Shown: in pieces, positions 49,205 to 60,174 of the stretch
Position numbering within the stretch: the first letter of the stretch is position 1
Layout: every line of letters begins with the position of its first letter
Source: Nitrososphaeria archaeon
Lineage (GTDB): Archaea > Thermoproteota > Nitrososphaeria > JACIWG01
DNA length: 64,000 nucleotides
Direction of reading: 5' to 3'
NCBI GenBank assembly: GCA_963752255.1
Contig: CAVVXT010000014.1
Coordinates: forward strand, 96,001-160,000
Notes under the pieces: model-generated
What the model was told of the DNA's origin: nothing
The model's input: only the letters and a program-made list of their open reading frames with translations
Database searches by the model: none
Position numbers and translations under genes: made by a program

Positions 49205-51385
49205 TTACCTGTAGTACGGTTTTATCTCCTTTTCCGGTATCTTTCCTTCTTTTGTAGAGCGAACTCTATTTATCGCTTCATCAACATGTTTCTGTGTTAT
49301 GATAGCCTCATCGGCGTGCTTCTTAGCGTCTTCAGGTGAAGGATACCTTGAGATGTACTCTTGAACAATTTGTGACACCGCAGTATTCGCCACCGACGCA
49401 AGATCAGCTCCTGAGAAACCATCGGTCGCGTCAGCGATCCTCTCGATATTAATTTCTGGAGCAAGAGGCTTACCTTTGAAATGTATCTCAAGAATCTGTT
49501 TCCTCGCATCCTTGTCTGGTAGAGGAACAAATATTAGTTTGTCGATACGTCCGGCCCTAAGCAGTGCGGGATCAACCATGTCTATGCGGTTCGTTGCCCC
49601 AAGGACGATAACGTCGTGAAGCTCCTGTATTCCGTCAAGTTCTGTCAGCAGCTGGCTGACGACCCTCTCTGTTACCATGCTTTCTCCTAGACCATACCCT
49701 CTGACCGGAGCCAGTGAATCGATTTCATCAAAGAAGATTATACACGGCGCAGCCTGTCTACCTTTTCTGAATACTTCACGTATGCCCTTTTCTGATTCAC
49801 CCACCCATTTTGATAAGATCTCCGGTCCTCTGACACTGATGAAGTTGACCTCACTCTCTGTCGCGACTGCTTTAGCCAACATGGTCTTGCCTGTGCCTGG
49901 TAAACCCCATAACAGCATCCCTTTTGGCATCACGTACCCGACTTTCTTGTAGACTTCAGGGAAACGTAGAGGCCATTCAACCGCCTCCTGAAGCTCCTTC
50001 TTTACACTCTCAAGTCCACCTATTTCAGCCCATTTAACGTTAGGTGTCTCCAAGAACACTTCCCTTAGTGCGGAAGGCTGCACATCTTTCAAAGCCTTCT
50101 CGAAATCGGACATCGTAACTTGCAGCTTCATCAGCGTTTCATAGTTTAATCTTTCCTCTTCAAGTTTAAGCTCGGGCAGAACCCTTCTAATAGCCTTCAT
50201 GCCGGCTTCTTTGCAGAGGTACTCCAGGTCCGCCCCTACAAAACCATGTGTAATAGCGGCGAATCTTTCGATGTCAACATCTTCCGCGAGAGGCATGTTC
50301 CTTGAATGGATCTGTAAGATCTCTAACCTTCCCTTCTTGTCAGGAACTTTTAACTCAATTTCCCTATCAAAGCGGCCAGGTCTTCTTAATGCAGGATCAA
50401 TCGCATTAGGTCTATTCGTTGCTGCTATGACTATAACCTTTCCTCTTGCCTCAAGACCATCCATAAGTGATAAAAGCTGGCTTACTACTCTTCGTTCAAC
50501 CTCTCCGGTAACTTCTTCACGTTTAGGTGCTATAGAATCGATTTCGTCGATAAAGATTATAGATGGAGCCTTCTCTTTAGCTTCCTTGAATATCTCCCTT
50601 AATCTTGCTTCTGATTCGCCGTAATATTTACTCATTATTTCGGGTCCACCAATACTGGCAAAGTTTGCGTTGCTTTCATTTGCAACCGCTTTAGCCAGCA
50701 ATGTTTTACCTGTTCCCGGTGGGCCAAATAGCAATACACCCTTTGGAGGCTCTATTCCTAGGCGCTCGAAGATTTCAGGATGTCTTAGGGGTAACTCTAT
50801 CATTTCACGCACTTTCTGTATTTCATCCTTAAGACCGCCTATGTCTTCGTATGTGATTTGCGGAACACCCTTCAAGGCCTCCCCTCTTTCTGAGATCACA
50901 AACTCGGTTCTCTTGGTAATTACAACAGAATCCACATTTGGAGCAATTGAGATTACGTTGAAGATCAACTTACTGCCAAAATATGGGACCATAATATTGT
51001 CTCCTTTTGTAACAGCAAGACTCTCAAGAACTTCTGCAAAGTACCTTTTATCTAAAGGAGGATAACCTTCAGGTGGTATAAGAGTGATCTTTTCCGCTGG
51101 AAGGGCATTAATTTTCCTTACCATGACCGTGTCTCCTAAAGGAACATCTGCGTTATTTCGTGTGATACCATCGATTCTTATGATGTCTTTTCCTTCATCG
51201 GATGGGTGCACTGGAAGAACTTTTGCAACAGTTTTCTTTCTACCTCTAATTTCTATTACGTCACCTGTATGAGTTTGTAGAAGGTCCATAATTGAATAGT
51301 CTACCCTAGCTATTCCACGGCCTACATCGCGTGTATAAGCCTCCATAACCTGAAGTTTTATTAAATCGCTCATGTCCGTCACCAC
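49205..51385 (-). CDS. cdc48: CDC48/VAT AAA+ ATPase
   Basis: N domain plus two AAA modules ([16 protein letters not shown]); C-terminal YYR (HbYX). Confidence 0.97.
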   Translation of the reverse strand: MVTDMSDLIKLQVMEAYTRDVGRGIARVDYSIMDLLQTHTGDVIEIRGRKKTVAKVLPVHPSDEGKDIIRIDGITRNNADVPLGDTVMVRKINALPAEKITLIPPEGYPPLDKRYFAEVLESLAVTKGDNIMVPYFGSKLIFNVISIAPNVDSVVITKRTEFVISERGEALKGVPQITYEDIGGLKDEIQKVREMIELPLRHPEIFERLGIEPPKGVLLFGPPGTGKTLLAKAVANESNANFASIGGPEIMSKYYGESEARLREIFKEAKEKAPSIIFIDEIDSIAPKREEVTGEVERRVVSQLLSLMDGLEARGKVIVIAATNRPNAIDPALRRPGRFDREIELKVPDKKGRLEILQIHSRNMPLAEDVDIERFAAITHGFVGADLEYLCKEAGMKAIRRVLPELKLEEERLNYETLMKLQVTMSDFEKALKDVQPSALREVFLETPNVKWAEIGGLESVKKELQEAVEWPLRFPEVYKKVGYVMPKGMLLWGLPGTGKTMLAKAVATESEVNFISVRGPEILSKWVGESEKGIREVFRKGRQAAPCIIFFDEIDSLAPVRGYGLGESMVTERVVSQLLTELDGIQELHDVIVLGATNRIDMVDPALLRAGRIDKLIFVPLPDKDARKQILEIHFKGKPLAPEINIERIADATDGFSGADLASVANTAVSQIVQEYISRYPSPEDAKKHADEAIITQKHVDEAINRVRSTKEGKIPEKEIKPYYR

Positions 51386-51390
51386 TATTA

Positions 51391-51903
51391 CTAAATGATG
51401 TTTATATTTGTAAACCCGTCTTTAAATTCCTTAAGTTTAAATTTTACAGTCAAGATTCCGTTCTTGAATGCACTTAATGCAGAAGACGTCTCCACTTCCG
51501 AATCAAGAATTACTTCTGCATTATATGATCGATCTTCGTTCTTGGCATCAAGCACCAGTTTATTCGTTGAAGATTTAAGCTGTATTTCTTCCTTTTCAAT
51601 TCCTGGCAATTCGAAGATAACAACGAGCTCCTTCCTTTCCTTATCAATGTACTGATCGTAAAAGGGAGTCCTTACGTCTTTAGATTGCATAAGGCTGTCT
51701 CCAAATTTCGTTAACTTCGGCATGCCATTATCATTCATCTGTATTGAAAAGCCATAAAATCTTGGTTTATCAAGTTCCTTTACATCCTCACTTCTGAGAA
51801 GTATTCTCATCGATTTCTCAACGTCCTCCAGAGCGTTATCTATCATCTCTTCCAGTTCTTCAAAGAAGTCTTCATATTTTTTATTGTTGCTTTCCTCTTC
51901 CAT
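51391..51903 (-). CDS. hsp20: Small heat-shock protein
   Basis: FYGFSI, ELPGIEKE and FKNGILTV motifs; directly upstream of cdc48. Confidence 0.92.
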   Translation of the reverse strand: MEEESNNKKYEDFFEELEEMIDNALEDVEKSMRILLRSEDVKELDKPRFYGFSIQMNDNGMPKLTKFGDSLMQSKDVRTPFYDQYIDKERKELVVIFELPGIEKEEIQLKSSTNKLVLDAKNEDRSYNAEVILDSEVETSSALSAFKNGILTVKFKLKEFKDGFTNINII

Positions 51904-51914
51904 TTCTTACCACC

Positions 51915-51945
51915 GGTTAATTAACCAAAGGTTAACTTTATAAAG
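51915..51945. promoter_or_regulatory. Heat-shock operator and bidirectional TATA box
   Basis: TTAAC-CAAAG-GTTAA (51921-51935) abuts palindromic CTTTATAAAG (51936-51945); overlapping palindrome GGTTAATTAACC. Confidence 0.7.
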
Positions 51946-51967
51946 GTTTCTCTATCATATACTGTTG

Positions 51968-52412
51968 ATGGGTAAGGATAGCATCAAACAGCTCTTCCAA
52001 ATTATCGGAACATACAATAGGTTCAAAATGTTAGAGATGCTTTGCAAGAAACCATTGACAATGAATGAATTAGCTAAAATGCTTAACATCTCTGTACCGG
52101 CAGTTTTAAAAAATCTTACAACGTTAGAGGGAATAGAGATTGTAGCCTCCAGAAAATATTGAAGGTACAGAAGGTCGGCCAAGGAAGGTCTATTATCTGA
52201 CCCAGAAGGTCATTCCAAAGATCATTATTGATGACGAAATTGAGGCGATTGAATTCTACAGAGTGAAGCCAAAACCTGGAAAAGAGGAGGTTGTAGATAA
52301 AAAAGACCTTGAATTAAGAAAGACAGTGCTTAAAATAAAGTTGAAAAGATTGGAGAGGAAGAGGTTAAAGATCATTAAAGAACTTGAAAGATTAGATAAT
52401 GTTAGGATGTAG
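51968..52412 (+). CDS. ArsR-type wHTH heat-shock repressor (Phr/HSR1-like), +1 frameshift near 52155
   Basis: NRFKMLEML..ELAKMLNISVPAVLKNL, then shifted frame GRPRKVYYL plus coiled coil; divergent from hsp20-cdc48. Confidence 0.8.
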
Positions 52413-52459
52413 TTCCCCGATCAAGTTTATAAGATAAATCTGAACCAAGGTCCTAATGA

Positions 52460-53256
52460 ATGAAGACTATTTTAGCACCAATGATGACGGATACTTTAGT
52501 GAAGGTATCAAAGTACTGCATGATTCTATAATAGATTTGGGTAAGACTCTAATTATTGCACCAGAAGGGCTACAGAGTTTTGCAAGCATGAGTCTAACTT
52601 TTCACAAGTCTCTTGGAATCTTAAAAACGGTAACGAAAAATACTCTAGCTTATGTGGTATCGGGTAGTCCTGCTGACACTGTCATACTTGGAATCCATTC
52701 CATTTTTGAGCAAAATCTGATATTGTTATCTCAGGAATTAATTATGGAGACAATTGCACATTCCAAGACTGTTCCACGAGCGGTATAGTTGCAGCCGCGA
52801 TCGAGGGGGCGACAAACAAAATACCTAGCATAACTTTCTCAATGGTTGTTCCAGAAACGGCCATTTTCTTTCTTCACTAATGGATTTGAGTTTTGAGAAG
52901 TAGGTCCAATTGCTAAAACGATAACATCCTAGGTTCTTGAGAAAGGGATTCCTTAGGGTGTTGATCTTTTAAACGTCAATTTTCCACTTCATGTAACCCC
53001 CTTCTACGACGACGCCCATAACAAAGTTGGCTAAGCGTAAGTACCACGATTACGTTTTCATAAGAAAGGATTCTGGAAGTAGACCATACTTTGGATCTGG
53101 GGCAAGAGATTTAGTAAATTCGAGAAATGGACTGACGCGTAAGCGATACGCTATGCCAAAGCGATTTCAATAACGCCGATAAGCCTCAATTTGACAGCGG
53201 AAATCGAAAGAGACAGTCTTAACGAACTTGCTAATCCTGTCAAAGAAAAACTTTAA
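52460..53256 (+). pseudogene. surE: 5'/3'-nucleotidase SurE pseudogene
   Basis: NDDG, SGSPAD, SGINYGDN, LNVNFP and ISITP motifs scattered over frames, with several frameshifts and stops. Confidence 0.88.
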
Positions 53257-53272
53257 ACGTTTTAATCAATTC

Positions 53273-53596
53273 TTAGGGTTTGACCTCATCCTTCGAATAG
53301 TATTCTACAGATACGACCGCTGAATCCTTTGAAGACGAAATATAGAGATTTTTTGCGTCCAAAATCACAAAAGAAGATTGTGGAGATTTGATTAAATTAG
53401 CTATCGCAATTTCTTTGCCTGAACGTGTTGTGATAGCGACGGTTATCGAAGAGACCTTAAGAGTTAGACCAGAAAGGGCATCACCATCTCTGAAGACAAG
53501 GAAACCGTCTTCTATCCCGATAAAGTTCAACTTTACAGGTTGTTCAAAAAGATATTCCGAACTCAATTCATCACACCTTACTTCAGTAACGTTCAT
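53273..53596 (-). CDS. Hypothetical beta-rich protein
   Basis: 107-aa ATG ORF divergent from the Hjc-like gene across a 30-bp TATA-containing gap. Confidence 0.55.
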   Translation of the reverse strand: MNVTEVRCDELSSEYLFEQPVKLNFIGIEDGFLVFRDGDALSGLTLKVSSITVAITTRSGKEIAIANLIKSPQSSFVILDAKNLYISSSKDSAVVSVEYYSKDEVKP

Positions 53597-53626
53597 AACC
53601 TTTGCTTTAATATAGTGTTCGGTAGG

Positions 53627-53914
53627 ATGGTTAGTACACCGTACTATAAAGGAAGAAGCAGAGAATATAAGGTAATGTCAATGCTGAGGGAGGACGGTTG
53701 GGTGTGCAGTCGAAGTGCGATGTCCCATGGCCCCGTAGACGTCTTTGCCGGAAGAGACGGAAAAACGATCTTAGTGCAGGTAAAGTGTGGCAAAGCGAGG
53801 ATGGGGAGATTGGAAAAAGAAGAGCTTGTAAGATGGGCTAAAGCTTTCGGAGCTAAAGCAGAAATATGGTATTTTAGAAACAGAAAAGGTGTTATAAAAG
53901 AGAAGTTAAGTTAG
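53627..53914 (+). CDS. Holliday junction resolvase Hjc-like PD-(D/E)XK nuclease
   Basis: G.SRE..V...L...GW...RSA.S.GPVD and LVQVK motifs; ATG at 53627. Confidence 0.82.
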   Translation: MVSTPYYKGRSREYKVMSMLREDGWVCSRSAMSHGPVDVFAGRDGKTILVQVKCGKARMGRLEKEELVRWAKAFGAKAEIWYFRNRKGVIKEKLS

Positions 53915-54054
53915 TATTTTTTAATATCTTTGAGCTTAACCTCGTAAAACAGAATTAGCAAGCCTAAAAGACCGAACGCGACTGCTAGAAATCCCAAAGC
54001 GAACATGAAGTATGGATCGTTTATCGCCAAAACCTGCAAGTTCATATATTTCAT
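53911..54054 (-). CDS. 47-aa single-pass membrane protein (absent from the ORF track)
   Basis: MKYMNLQVLAINDPYFMFALGFLAVAFGLLGLLILFYEVKLKDIKKY*; BRE/TATA AAAAGGTTATATAA about 20-30 nt upstream. Confidence 0.55.
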   Translation of the reverse strand: MKYMNLQVLAINDPYFMFALGFLAVAFGLLGLLILFYEVKLKDIKKY

Positions 54055-54180
54055 CCTTCTTGTGTCCTAAGATTATATAACCTTTTAAAAGGCATCTTTT
54101 TCGCTTAACAAAAACATTCACAGGTCCTTCCACAATTCAACAAAAATGTTAAATAGTAACCTTTTACGCAATTACTATTC

Positions 54181-55617
54181 GTGAAAACGCAAAACATAGA
54201 CTCGGAACTGCCTTCTTATGTGATTGGACTAGCGGAAAAAGCTGGAGCTGAATATGCTGAAGCACGTCTCCAATCAGACGAGCACATAGTATGCATGCTC
54301 AAAAATGGCCAGCAGCAGCCCATTGCAATCGGTGAATCTTTGGGACTTGGCATTAGAATCATACTAAATGGTGGACTCGCCTTCTCCGCTACGAATATCC
54401 TTGACAGAATTCAAATACGGGAACTTGTCGAAAACACTGTCAAGAAAGCGAAAGCAACCTCAGAGCTTCTCAAGAATAAGATAAAGTTTAGCAGGGAAAA
54501 AAAGTTAAAGAAAAAATGGCAGGCTGAAGAGAAGGAGAAGCTTGAAGACAGAAACTTTGAAGACATGATTAAAACATTGAAGGATTTAGACGGCATTATT
54601 ATAGAAAGAAAGGAGTATATCCCAATGAGATTTATAGAAATGGAAATTTCTTTTGATAGCAAGATCTTTGAAAATTCTCAGGGAGCGCACATAGAAGGGT
54701 ATGTGCCAAGACTGTATGTCTCAGGTTTTTTAACAGGAATGAAAGGTGATAAAATGGCTCAGAAGTCAATAGAGTATGGAGGCAGTGGTGGATGGGAGCT
54801 ACTTGAGAAACTCAAGATTAGAAATGGATTGGAACACCAAACCAAAGTAATAAAGGACATTATTGACGAAGGCCGTAAGATGGTTCCAGGCAGCTACGAT
54901 ATAATAACCGGTTCAGAAGTCACAGGTATAATGGCACATGAGTCCATCGGACACCCCTTTGAAGCTGACAGGATACTTGGGAGAGAGGCCGCGCAAGCGG
55001 GCGAGTCCTACTTACAACCGTCCGACGTCGGGAGAAAAATTGGAAGTGAACAGGCTAATATCAGCGACGATCCTTCTATTCCTAATTCGTACGGCTTCTA
55101 CCTATATGATGATGAAGGGATTGCATCTAGGAAGAGGAAACTCGTTGTAAACGGTGTTGTAAACGAACTTTTACACAATAGAACTACCGCGAGAACGTTC
55201 AAGACAAAGAGCAATGGCGCAGCACGATCGGTTGGGTTCGACAGAGAGCCTATTATACGCATGGCAAATACTTTCGTGGAAGCCGGAGACTATACTTTTG
55301 ATGAACTCATAAAAGAAGTCAAACACGGCATCTTCATCAACTCTTTTATGGAATGGAACATCGATGACATAAGGCAGAACCAAAGATATGTGGGGCATGA
55401 AGCTTACGCAATAGAAAAGGGTGAAATAGTGAATCCCCTTGTCAATCCCATTATTGAAGTAGCGACAGAAAGGTTGTGGAGCAGTCTTGATGCTCGCGGA
55501 AATAACTTGGATTTTTGGGCCGCGACCTGCGGTAAAGGAGACCCTTCACAGGGCGCTCCCGTCTGGGCAGGCGGACCCAGCCTAAGGTTTAGGAACATGA
55601 TGGTGAAAACCAGATGA
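54181..55617 (+). CDS. tldD: TldD metalloprotease
   Basis: HESIGH.FEAD, YDDEG, RMANT and CGKG motifs. Confidence 0.94.
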   Translation: MKTQNIDSELPSYVIGLAEKAGAEYAEARLQSDEHIVCMLKNGQQQPIAIGESLGLGIRIILNGGLAFSATNILDRIQIRELVENTVKKAKATSELLKNKIKFSREKKLKKKWQAEEKEKLEDRNFEDMIKTLKDLDGIIIERKEYIPMRFIEMEISFDSKIFENSQGAHIEGYVPRLYVSGFLTGMKGDKMAQKSIEYGGSGGWELLEKLKIRNGLEHQTKVIKDIIDEGRKMVPGSYDIITGSEVTGIMAHESIGHPFEADRILGREAAQAGESYLQPSDVGRKIGSEQANISDDPSIPNSYGFYLYDDEGIASRKRKLVVNGVVNELLHNRTTARTFKTKSNGAARSVGFDREPIIRMANTFVEAGDYTFDELIKEVKHGIFINSFMEWNIDDIRQNQRYVGHEAYAIEKGEIVNPLVNPIIEVATERLWSSLDARGNNLDFWAATCGKGDPSQGAPVWAGGPSLRFRNMMVKTR

Positions 55618-56951
55618 GCGTCGAAATTCTAGATAGGATAATTGAAGCGACGTATTCGAAAGCTCTCGCATTAAAGCCCGACGATATCTCAATTATTTCG
55701 GCTTACAGCGAAGAATCGATGCTGAGGTTCAGCAATAATTCCGTTACGGTGATTGATACACTAAAAGAAGTGGCTGTGTTCCTATATATGGCAAAAGAAG
55801 AAAAAAAAGTTGTAGGTGTAACATCCACTGTAAATGAATCCAATTTAGACAGTTTTGTCGAGCGACTGTTTTCCAGCATAAAATTCACAGAAAAAAGTGT
55901 GGATTACGTTCCTCTTCCAAAGATTAAATCTATTTCTACTTCAAGGAACTACGATAGTAGAATAGAGAAGTTGGGAGAAAAAATTGCTGACTTGGGTGGT
56001 GCGGCAATAAATGCCGCACTCAGGGAAGGGGCTGAAAGAGTTTCTGGGGTCTTAACGGCGAACACAGAATCGTACAAAATAAAGACTTCAGGAGGAGCGG
56101 AAAATTCAGACAAGGTGACCTCGATATCGATAAACGTAAGAGCTTTTTCAGGCACTAACTCAAGTGGTCACGGGCTTTCTTGTGCTGCTTCACTTCCGAA
56201 CTTCAACGGAGTTGAAGCGGGAAGCACCGCTGGTAGATTCGCCAAAGAATCTCAGAAGACCGGCCATTGGGAAGAGGGCGAATATACGCTGATAATGGGG
56301 CCTACTGTAACAGCAGATTTCCTAGAAATAGTGGGTTACTCTTCTTCGGCTTTCCGTGTTGATGCTGGAACCTCTTTCTTAAAGGATTCTTTGGGTAAGA
56401 AGATTGCGACCGAGGATTTAACGCTCGAAGACTATGGAGCAATTGAAGGAGGACTGGCAGGCAGGTCATTTGACGATGAAGGTGTTCCAACTCAGAGAAC
56501 GGGCATAATAGACAAGGGAACGTTAAGGACTTACCTTCATAATTCGTCTACGGCAAAGAAATACGGTACGAAGACTACTGGAAATGCGGGCATCATCGCT
56601 CCTCATCCTTGGAACCTCGTCGTCACGTCAGGAAAATCTGATTTGGATGAAATGATTCGAGAAACTAAGAAAGGGGTCTATGTTACGAACAACTGGTATA
56701 CAAGGTACCAGAATTATGTGGCAGGAGAATATTCAACGCTTCCAAGAGATGCGACTTTTCTTATCGAAAATGGTTCAATAAAGTACGCTATCAATGGCAC
56801 AAGGATAAGCGACAACGTACCGAGACAGCTGCTGAACATCAAGGGGATCGGCAAAGAAAGAAAGTGGATTGAATGGTGGGAAGTGGAAACACCGATATTG
56901 ACACCTACATTGGTTATAGACAACGTTGCAATAACTAAAGCACAGCTATAG
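55614..56951 (+). CDS. pmbA: TldE/PmbA partner subunit
   Basis: FDDEGVP and TTGNAG motifs, no HExxxH; ATGA overlap with tldD. Confidence 0.92.
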   Translation: MSVEILDRIIEATYSKALALKPDDISIISAYSEESMLRFSNNSVTVIDTLKEVAVFLYMAKEEKKVVGVTSTVNESNLDSFVERLFSSIKFTEKSVDYVPLPKIKSISTSRNYDSRIEKLGEKIADLGGAAINAALREGAERVSGVLTANTESYKIKTSGGAENSDKVTSISINVRAFSGTNSSGHGLSCAASLPNFNGVEAGSTAGRFAKESQKTGHWEEGEYTLIMGPTVTADFLEIVGYSSSAFRVDAGTSFLKDSLGKKIATEDLTLEDYGAIEGGLAGRSFDDEGVPTQRTGIIDKGTLRTYLHNSSTAKKYGTKTTGNAGIIAPHPWNLVVTSGKSDLDEMIRETKKGVYVTNNWYTRYQNYVAGEYSTLPRDATFLIENGSIKYAINGTRISDNVPRQLLNIKGIGKERKWIEWWEVETPILTPTLVIDNVAITKAQL

Positions 56952-56980
56952 TGCATCCCATAGACACCAGAGTTTGGCTG

Positions 56981-58225
56981 CTAGTCTTCGACAATGTGCC
57001 TAATGTACATATGAGTCTGATGTATTGTTTGCTTCTTTCCCTCGTATGTGCCAGTGTTCAGTAGATAGAATGAGACACCGCAGCTGTAGAGTTTTCTAAA
57101 GAAAGCTTCTTCAGCGCTCAGGTTGTGCTCTGGTGGATACGGGTTATAGAAAGGCTCGTAACCGTACTGCCCCCATTTCTCAGGTGGGCCTGAACCCGGT
57201 CGTATTATAAACTTCCCTTCCTTGAGCACCCTAATCGCTTCATCTATGCCCAGAAGTGTTACAGGCTTTGTGGTGTCATCGCGAGTTAAGAGCAGCACAT
57301 ATTTTACACGACATTCGTTTGATAGGTTCTCTTTCCCCTTGGGAACTTCGACGAGGTTTCCTAAGGCGTCTTTTATCATCATAGGAAAACGGTCCCTTGG
57401 AAACATAACCCTAGAGTTGGCATATGACCAATAACATCTGTCCGCGTTTAGGTCGAAGACGCATTTTCTTTCCCCGTTCATTACAGCTTTATAGCATTCA
57501 CCTATCTTTTCTCTTTCTATAGAGTATTGAGCGCATTTGGCTTTCTCGTTCACGATGTTTTCGAGTGGTAAATCGTTGAAGAACTTGGTAAATATTGGGT
57601 GATTAAGGGCGATCTCAGACCTCATATAGAGCCAACTTTCTGTAGCGTAGGCAATGGGATCAGGTTTAAAGAAGACAAAGACATAGTCGTCAGAGTGAAC
57701 TTTAGCATCTCTTATATTATATATTAGTTCATGGAACTGTGAAGTCTTACCCGTGCCTGTTGGTGCGACGATGACGACTCCGTCATAGCCGTGACTGTTA
57801 GGTACGCCAACACATGCGCCGTGAATCGCGTACCCTCCTCTTTTTTCCAACAGACGCGTTGACAAACCCAGTGCGCCAGCGGATTTTGCTGCTCCATAGT
57901 ATTCACAATTAACTATAAGAACCCTGCTTGTTTTAAAATCATAGTAGATGGACGGCTCTAAGTCTTCAACATCATTAATGTCATAGATCCAGCCGTCTAT
58001 TTTATCTTCCTTTGAACCTGGAAACCAGTTAAGCTTCCAGTATTCATACACGTGGCTAGAATTTGTCATCAGCTTTATTCTGACACCACATATGTCGGCA
58101 ACTGCTTCAAAAGGCAGATCTTTGTGGGTTTTAAGAATTCTATCTATCTCCCCTTTATCCTTTACCTTTGGAGGACGACGGTCGGGATAAGTGAAATAGT
58201 TGTTCTTTATCTTAGGGTCCTGCAT
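56981..58225 (-). CDS. PEP-carboxykinase/HPr-kinase-fold P-loop protein
   Basis: YYGAAK, IHGAC, APTGTGKT, HSDD, NSR and YLLNTG motifs. Confidence 0.75.
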   Translation of the reverse strand: MQDPKIKNNYFTYPDRRPPKVKDKGEIDRILKTHKDLPFEAVADICGVRIKLMTNSSHVYEYWKLNWFPGSKEDKIDGWIYDINDVEDLEPSIYYDFKTSRVLIVNCEYYGAAKSAGALGLSTRLLEKRGGYAIHGACVGVPNSHGYDGVVIVAPTGTGKTSQFHELIYNIRDAKVHSDDYVFVFFKPDPIAYATESWLYMRSEIALNHPIFTKFFNDLPLENIVNEKAKCAQYSIEREKIGECYKAVMNGERKCVFDLNADRCYWSYANSRVMFPRDRFPMMIKDALGNLVEVPKGKENLSNECRVKYVLLLTRDDTTKPVTLLGIDEAIRVLKEGKFIIRPGSGPPEKWGQYGYEPFYNPYPPEHNLSAEEAFFRKLYSCGVSFYLLNTGTYEGKKQTIHQTHMYIRHIVED

Positions 58226-58616
58226 CGCAAAAAACCCACTAGACAGCCCTCCTATAAACTTTCAAATGGTGATAGTAGCAAAATGATAGACAAAACGCAA
58301 TATAGTTTAACTATTTTTGGCACTTTAACAATTCTTGATTCCCTTAGAAGTATAGATGCTATTTAACTTGGCACTTCCTTTATTACCTTGTGGATTAAGG
58401 AATAAGTCCGGAGAAGAGGCGGCGATTAAACCTAGCCGACTATGTTGACTGGCGGGGGAAGAAGCTGTCCTAGGATCCCAGTGTTAGATTATTTTTTCAA
58501 CAAAATTTTAATTATTCATAATTTATAAAATAATTATTACTCGAATTACAAAAATATAATTAATATTCGACCAAAAAATATATAAGAAGCATAATTAGGG
58601 GTTAAAGGTTAATTAA

Positions 58617-59996
58617 GTGATTGGTAGAAAAAATATGTTGAATTTCAAAAACGCCATATGGAAAGAAAACGTTACTAGAGTCATACAGCAAATCGGTGAA
58701 AATGAAATAAAATTCGTGAAGCTTCAGTTCACCGACATTAACGGAATCCTCAAAAATTTGTCGGTTCACTCTAAAGGTATCGAGAGCATGTTCGAAAATG
58801 GGCAGTCGTTTGATGGGTCATCTATTACCGGATTTAGACCTATAGAAGAATCGGATATGGTGCTCTATCCAGATCCAACAACATTTGCTATCATACCGTG
58901 GAGGCCCCAGGAAAAATCCTCTTGTAGACTTATTTGTGATGTTTATACTCCTGACAATAAGAGATTTGATGCAGATCCAAGATATGTCCTTGAAAGAGCA
59001 ATTTCTAAATGTAAAGAAGCCGGCATGACTTTTATCTGTGCACCAGAGCTAGAGTTCTTTCTTCTTAAAGAAAATGAAGGTGAAAACCCCACACCTATAG
59101 ATCTCGCTGGCTACTTTGACTATCACCCAGGTGATTTGACTGATGGTTTACGTAGAGAAATAGCAGATTCAGCTGAACTTTTTGGAATAGAAATTGAGAA
59201 ATCACATCACGAAGTTGCTCTAGGACAAAATGAAATCGACTTCAAATACGACGATGCTCTGCAAACAGCTGATAGAACGATAACGATGAAGATGATTACA
59301 AAGACCGTTGCCGCAAGAAACGGATATCTGGCAACCTATATGCCTAAACCGTTCTTTGGAATAAATGGTTCAGGAATGCACGTGCATCAGAGCTTTTGGG
59401 ACGGGGGGGTGACAAAAAACCTCTTCTATTCTGAAGATGAAGGGACAGGATACATTTCTGAGATCGCAAGGTATTTCATAGGAGGACAATTGATGCATGG
59501 AAAAGAGATGGCCGCTATTCTTGCTTCTTGGCCCAATTCTTACAAAAGACTTGTTCCTGGTTACGAGGCGCCGGTGTACCTTGCTTGGGCTTTCAAGAAC
59601 AGATCCCCCTTAATCAGAGTTCCTAACTTTGGGGGGAAAAGAAATGCTGCACGCTGTGAAATCAGATGCCCAGACCCTGCAGGCAACCCGTACCTACAAT
59701 TCGCTGTTCTCTGTATAGCAGGACTAGAAGGTATAAAGAAGAAAGTGAACCCTGGTGCCCCCACTGAGCTTAACGTATACGAGATGAGCTATGACGAAAG
59801 AAAAGCTAAGAAGATCGTCTCACTTCCTGAATCCTTGAAAGAAGCCCTTGACCTGATGGAAAGGAGCGAATTCATGGAAGAAGCTCTCGGCGAGACGTTA
59901 TTCTCAAACTACCTGCAATCAAAGAGAAAGGAATGGGACTTATATAGAACACAGGTAACCGAATGGGAGATTGATCGATACATCAGAAGACTCTGA
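58617..59996 (+). CDS. glnA: Glutamine synthetase type I
   Basis: FDGSS, ELEFF, HHEV, MPKP..GINGSGMH, RLVPGYEAP and NRS motifs. Confidence 0.97.
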   Translation: MIGRKNMLNFKNAIWKENVTRVIQQIGENEIKFVKLQFTDINGILKNLSVHSKGIESMFENGQSFDGSSITGFRPIEESDMVLYPDPTTFAIIPWRPQEKSSCRLICDVYTPDNKRFDADPRYVLERAISKCKEAGMTFICAPELEFFLLKENEGENPTPIDLAGYFDYHPGDLTDGLRREIADSAELFGIEIEKSHHEVALGQNEIDFKYDDALQTADRTITMKMITKTVAARNGYLATYMPKPFFGINGSGMHVHQSFWDGGVTKNLFYSEDEGTGYISEIARYFIGGQLMHGKEMAAILASWPNSYKRLVPGYEAPVYLAWAFKNRSPLIRVPNFGGKRNAARCEIRCPDPAGNPYLQFAVLCIAGLEGIKKKVNPGAPTELNVYEMSYDERKAKKIVSLPESLKEALDLMERSEFMEEALGETLFSNYLQSKRKEWDLYRTQVTEWEIDRYIRRL

Positions 59997-60174
59997 TGGA
60001 AATAAGACTGTTGTAATAATCTTAGTAGAATCGTTTTCGTCCATTTTGAGCGAAGATGCATGTGTAAAGGAACCCAAAGGGATTAGTTCTCTTAGGTACC
60101 GAATGTTAAACTATGCGAGCGTAGCATCAGTGCGAGGAGAGGCTCCGTCAATCCTCCGGTTGTTGAAACTTAAA

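Noticed and set aside
52460-53256. Stop-codon recoding to explain in-frame stops in surE
   Set aside because: Frameshifts accompany the stops, and TAA, TAG and TGA all terminate core genes in this window
54181-56951. TldDE as a RiPP cluster marker
   Set aside because: No YcaO, radical SAM or precursor-like peptide nearby; TldDE pairs are common in archaea
58400-58485. GC-rich patch upstream of glnA as a glutamine riboswitch or NrpR operator
   Set aside because: No convincing fold and no GGAA-N6-TTCC; it lies upstream of the likely glnA TATA box
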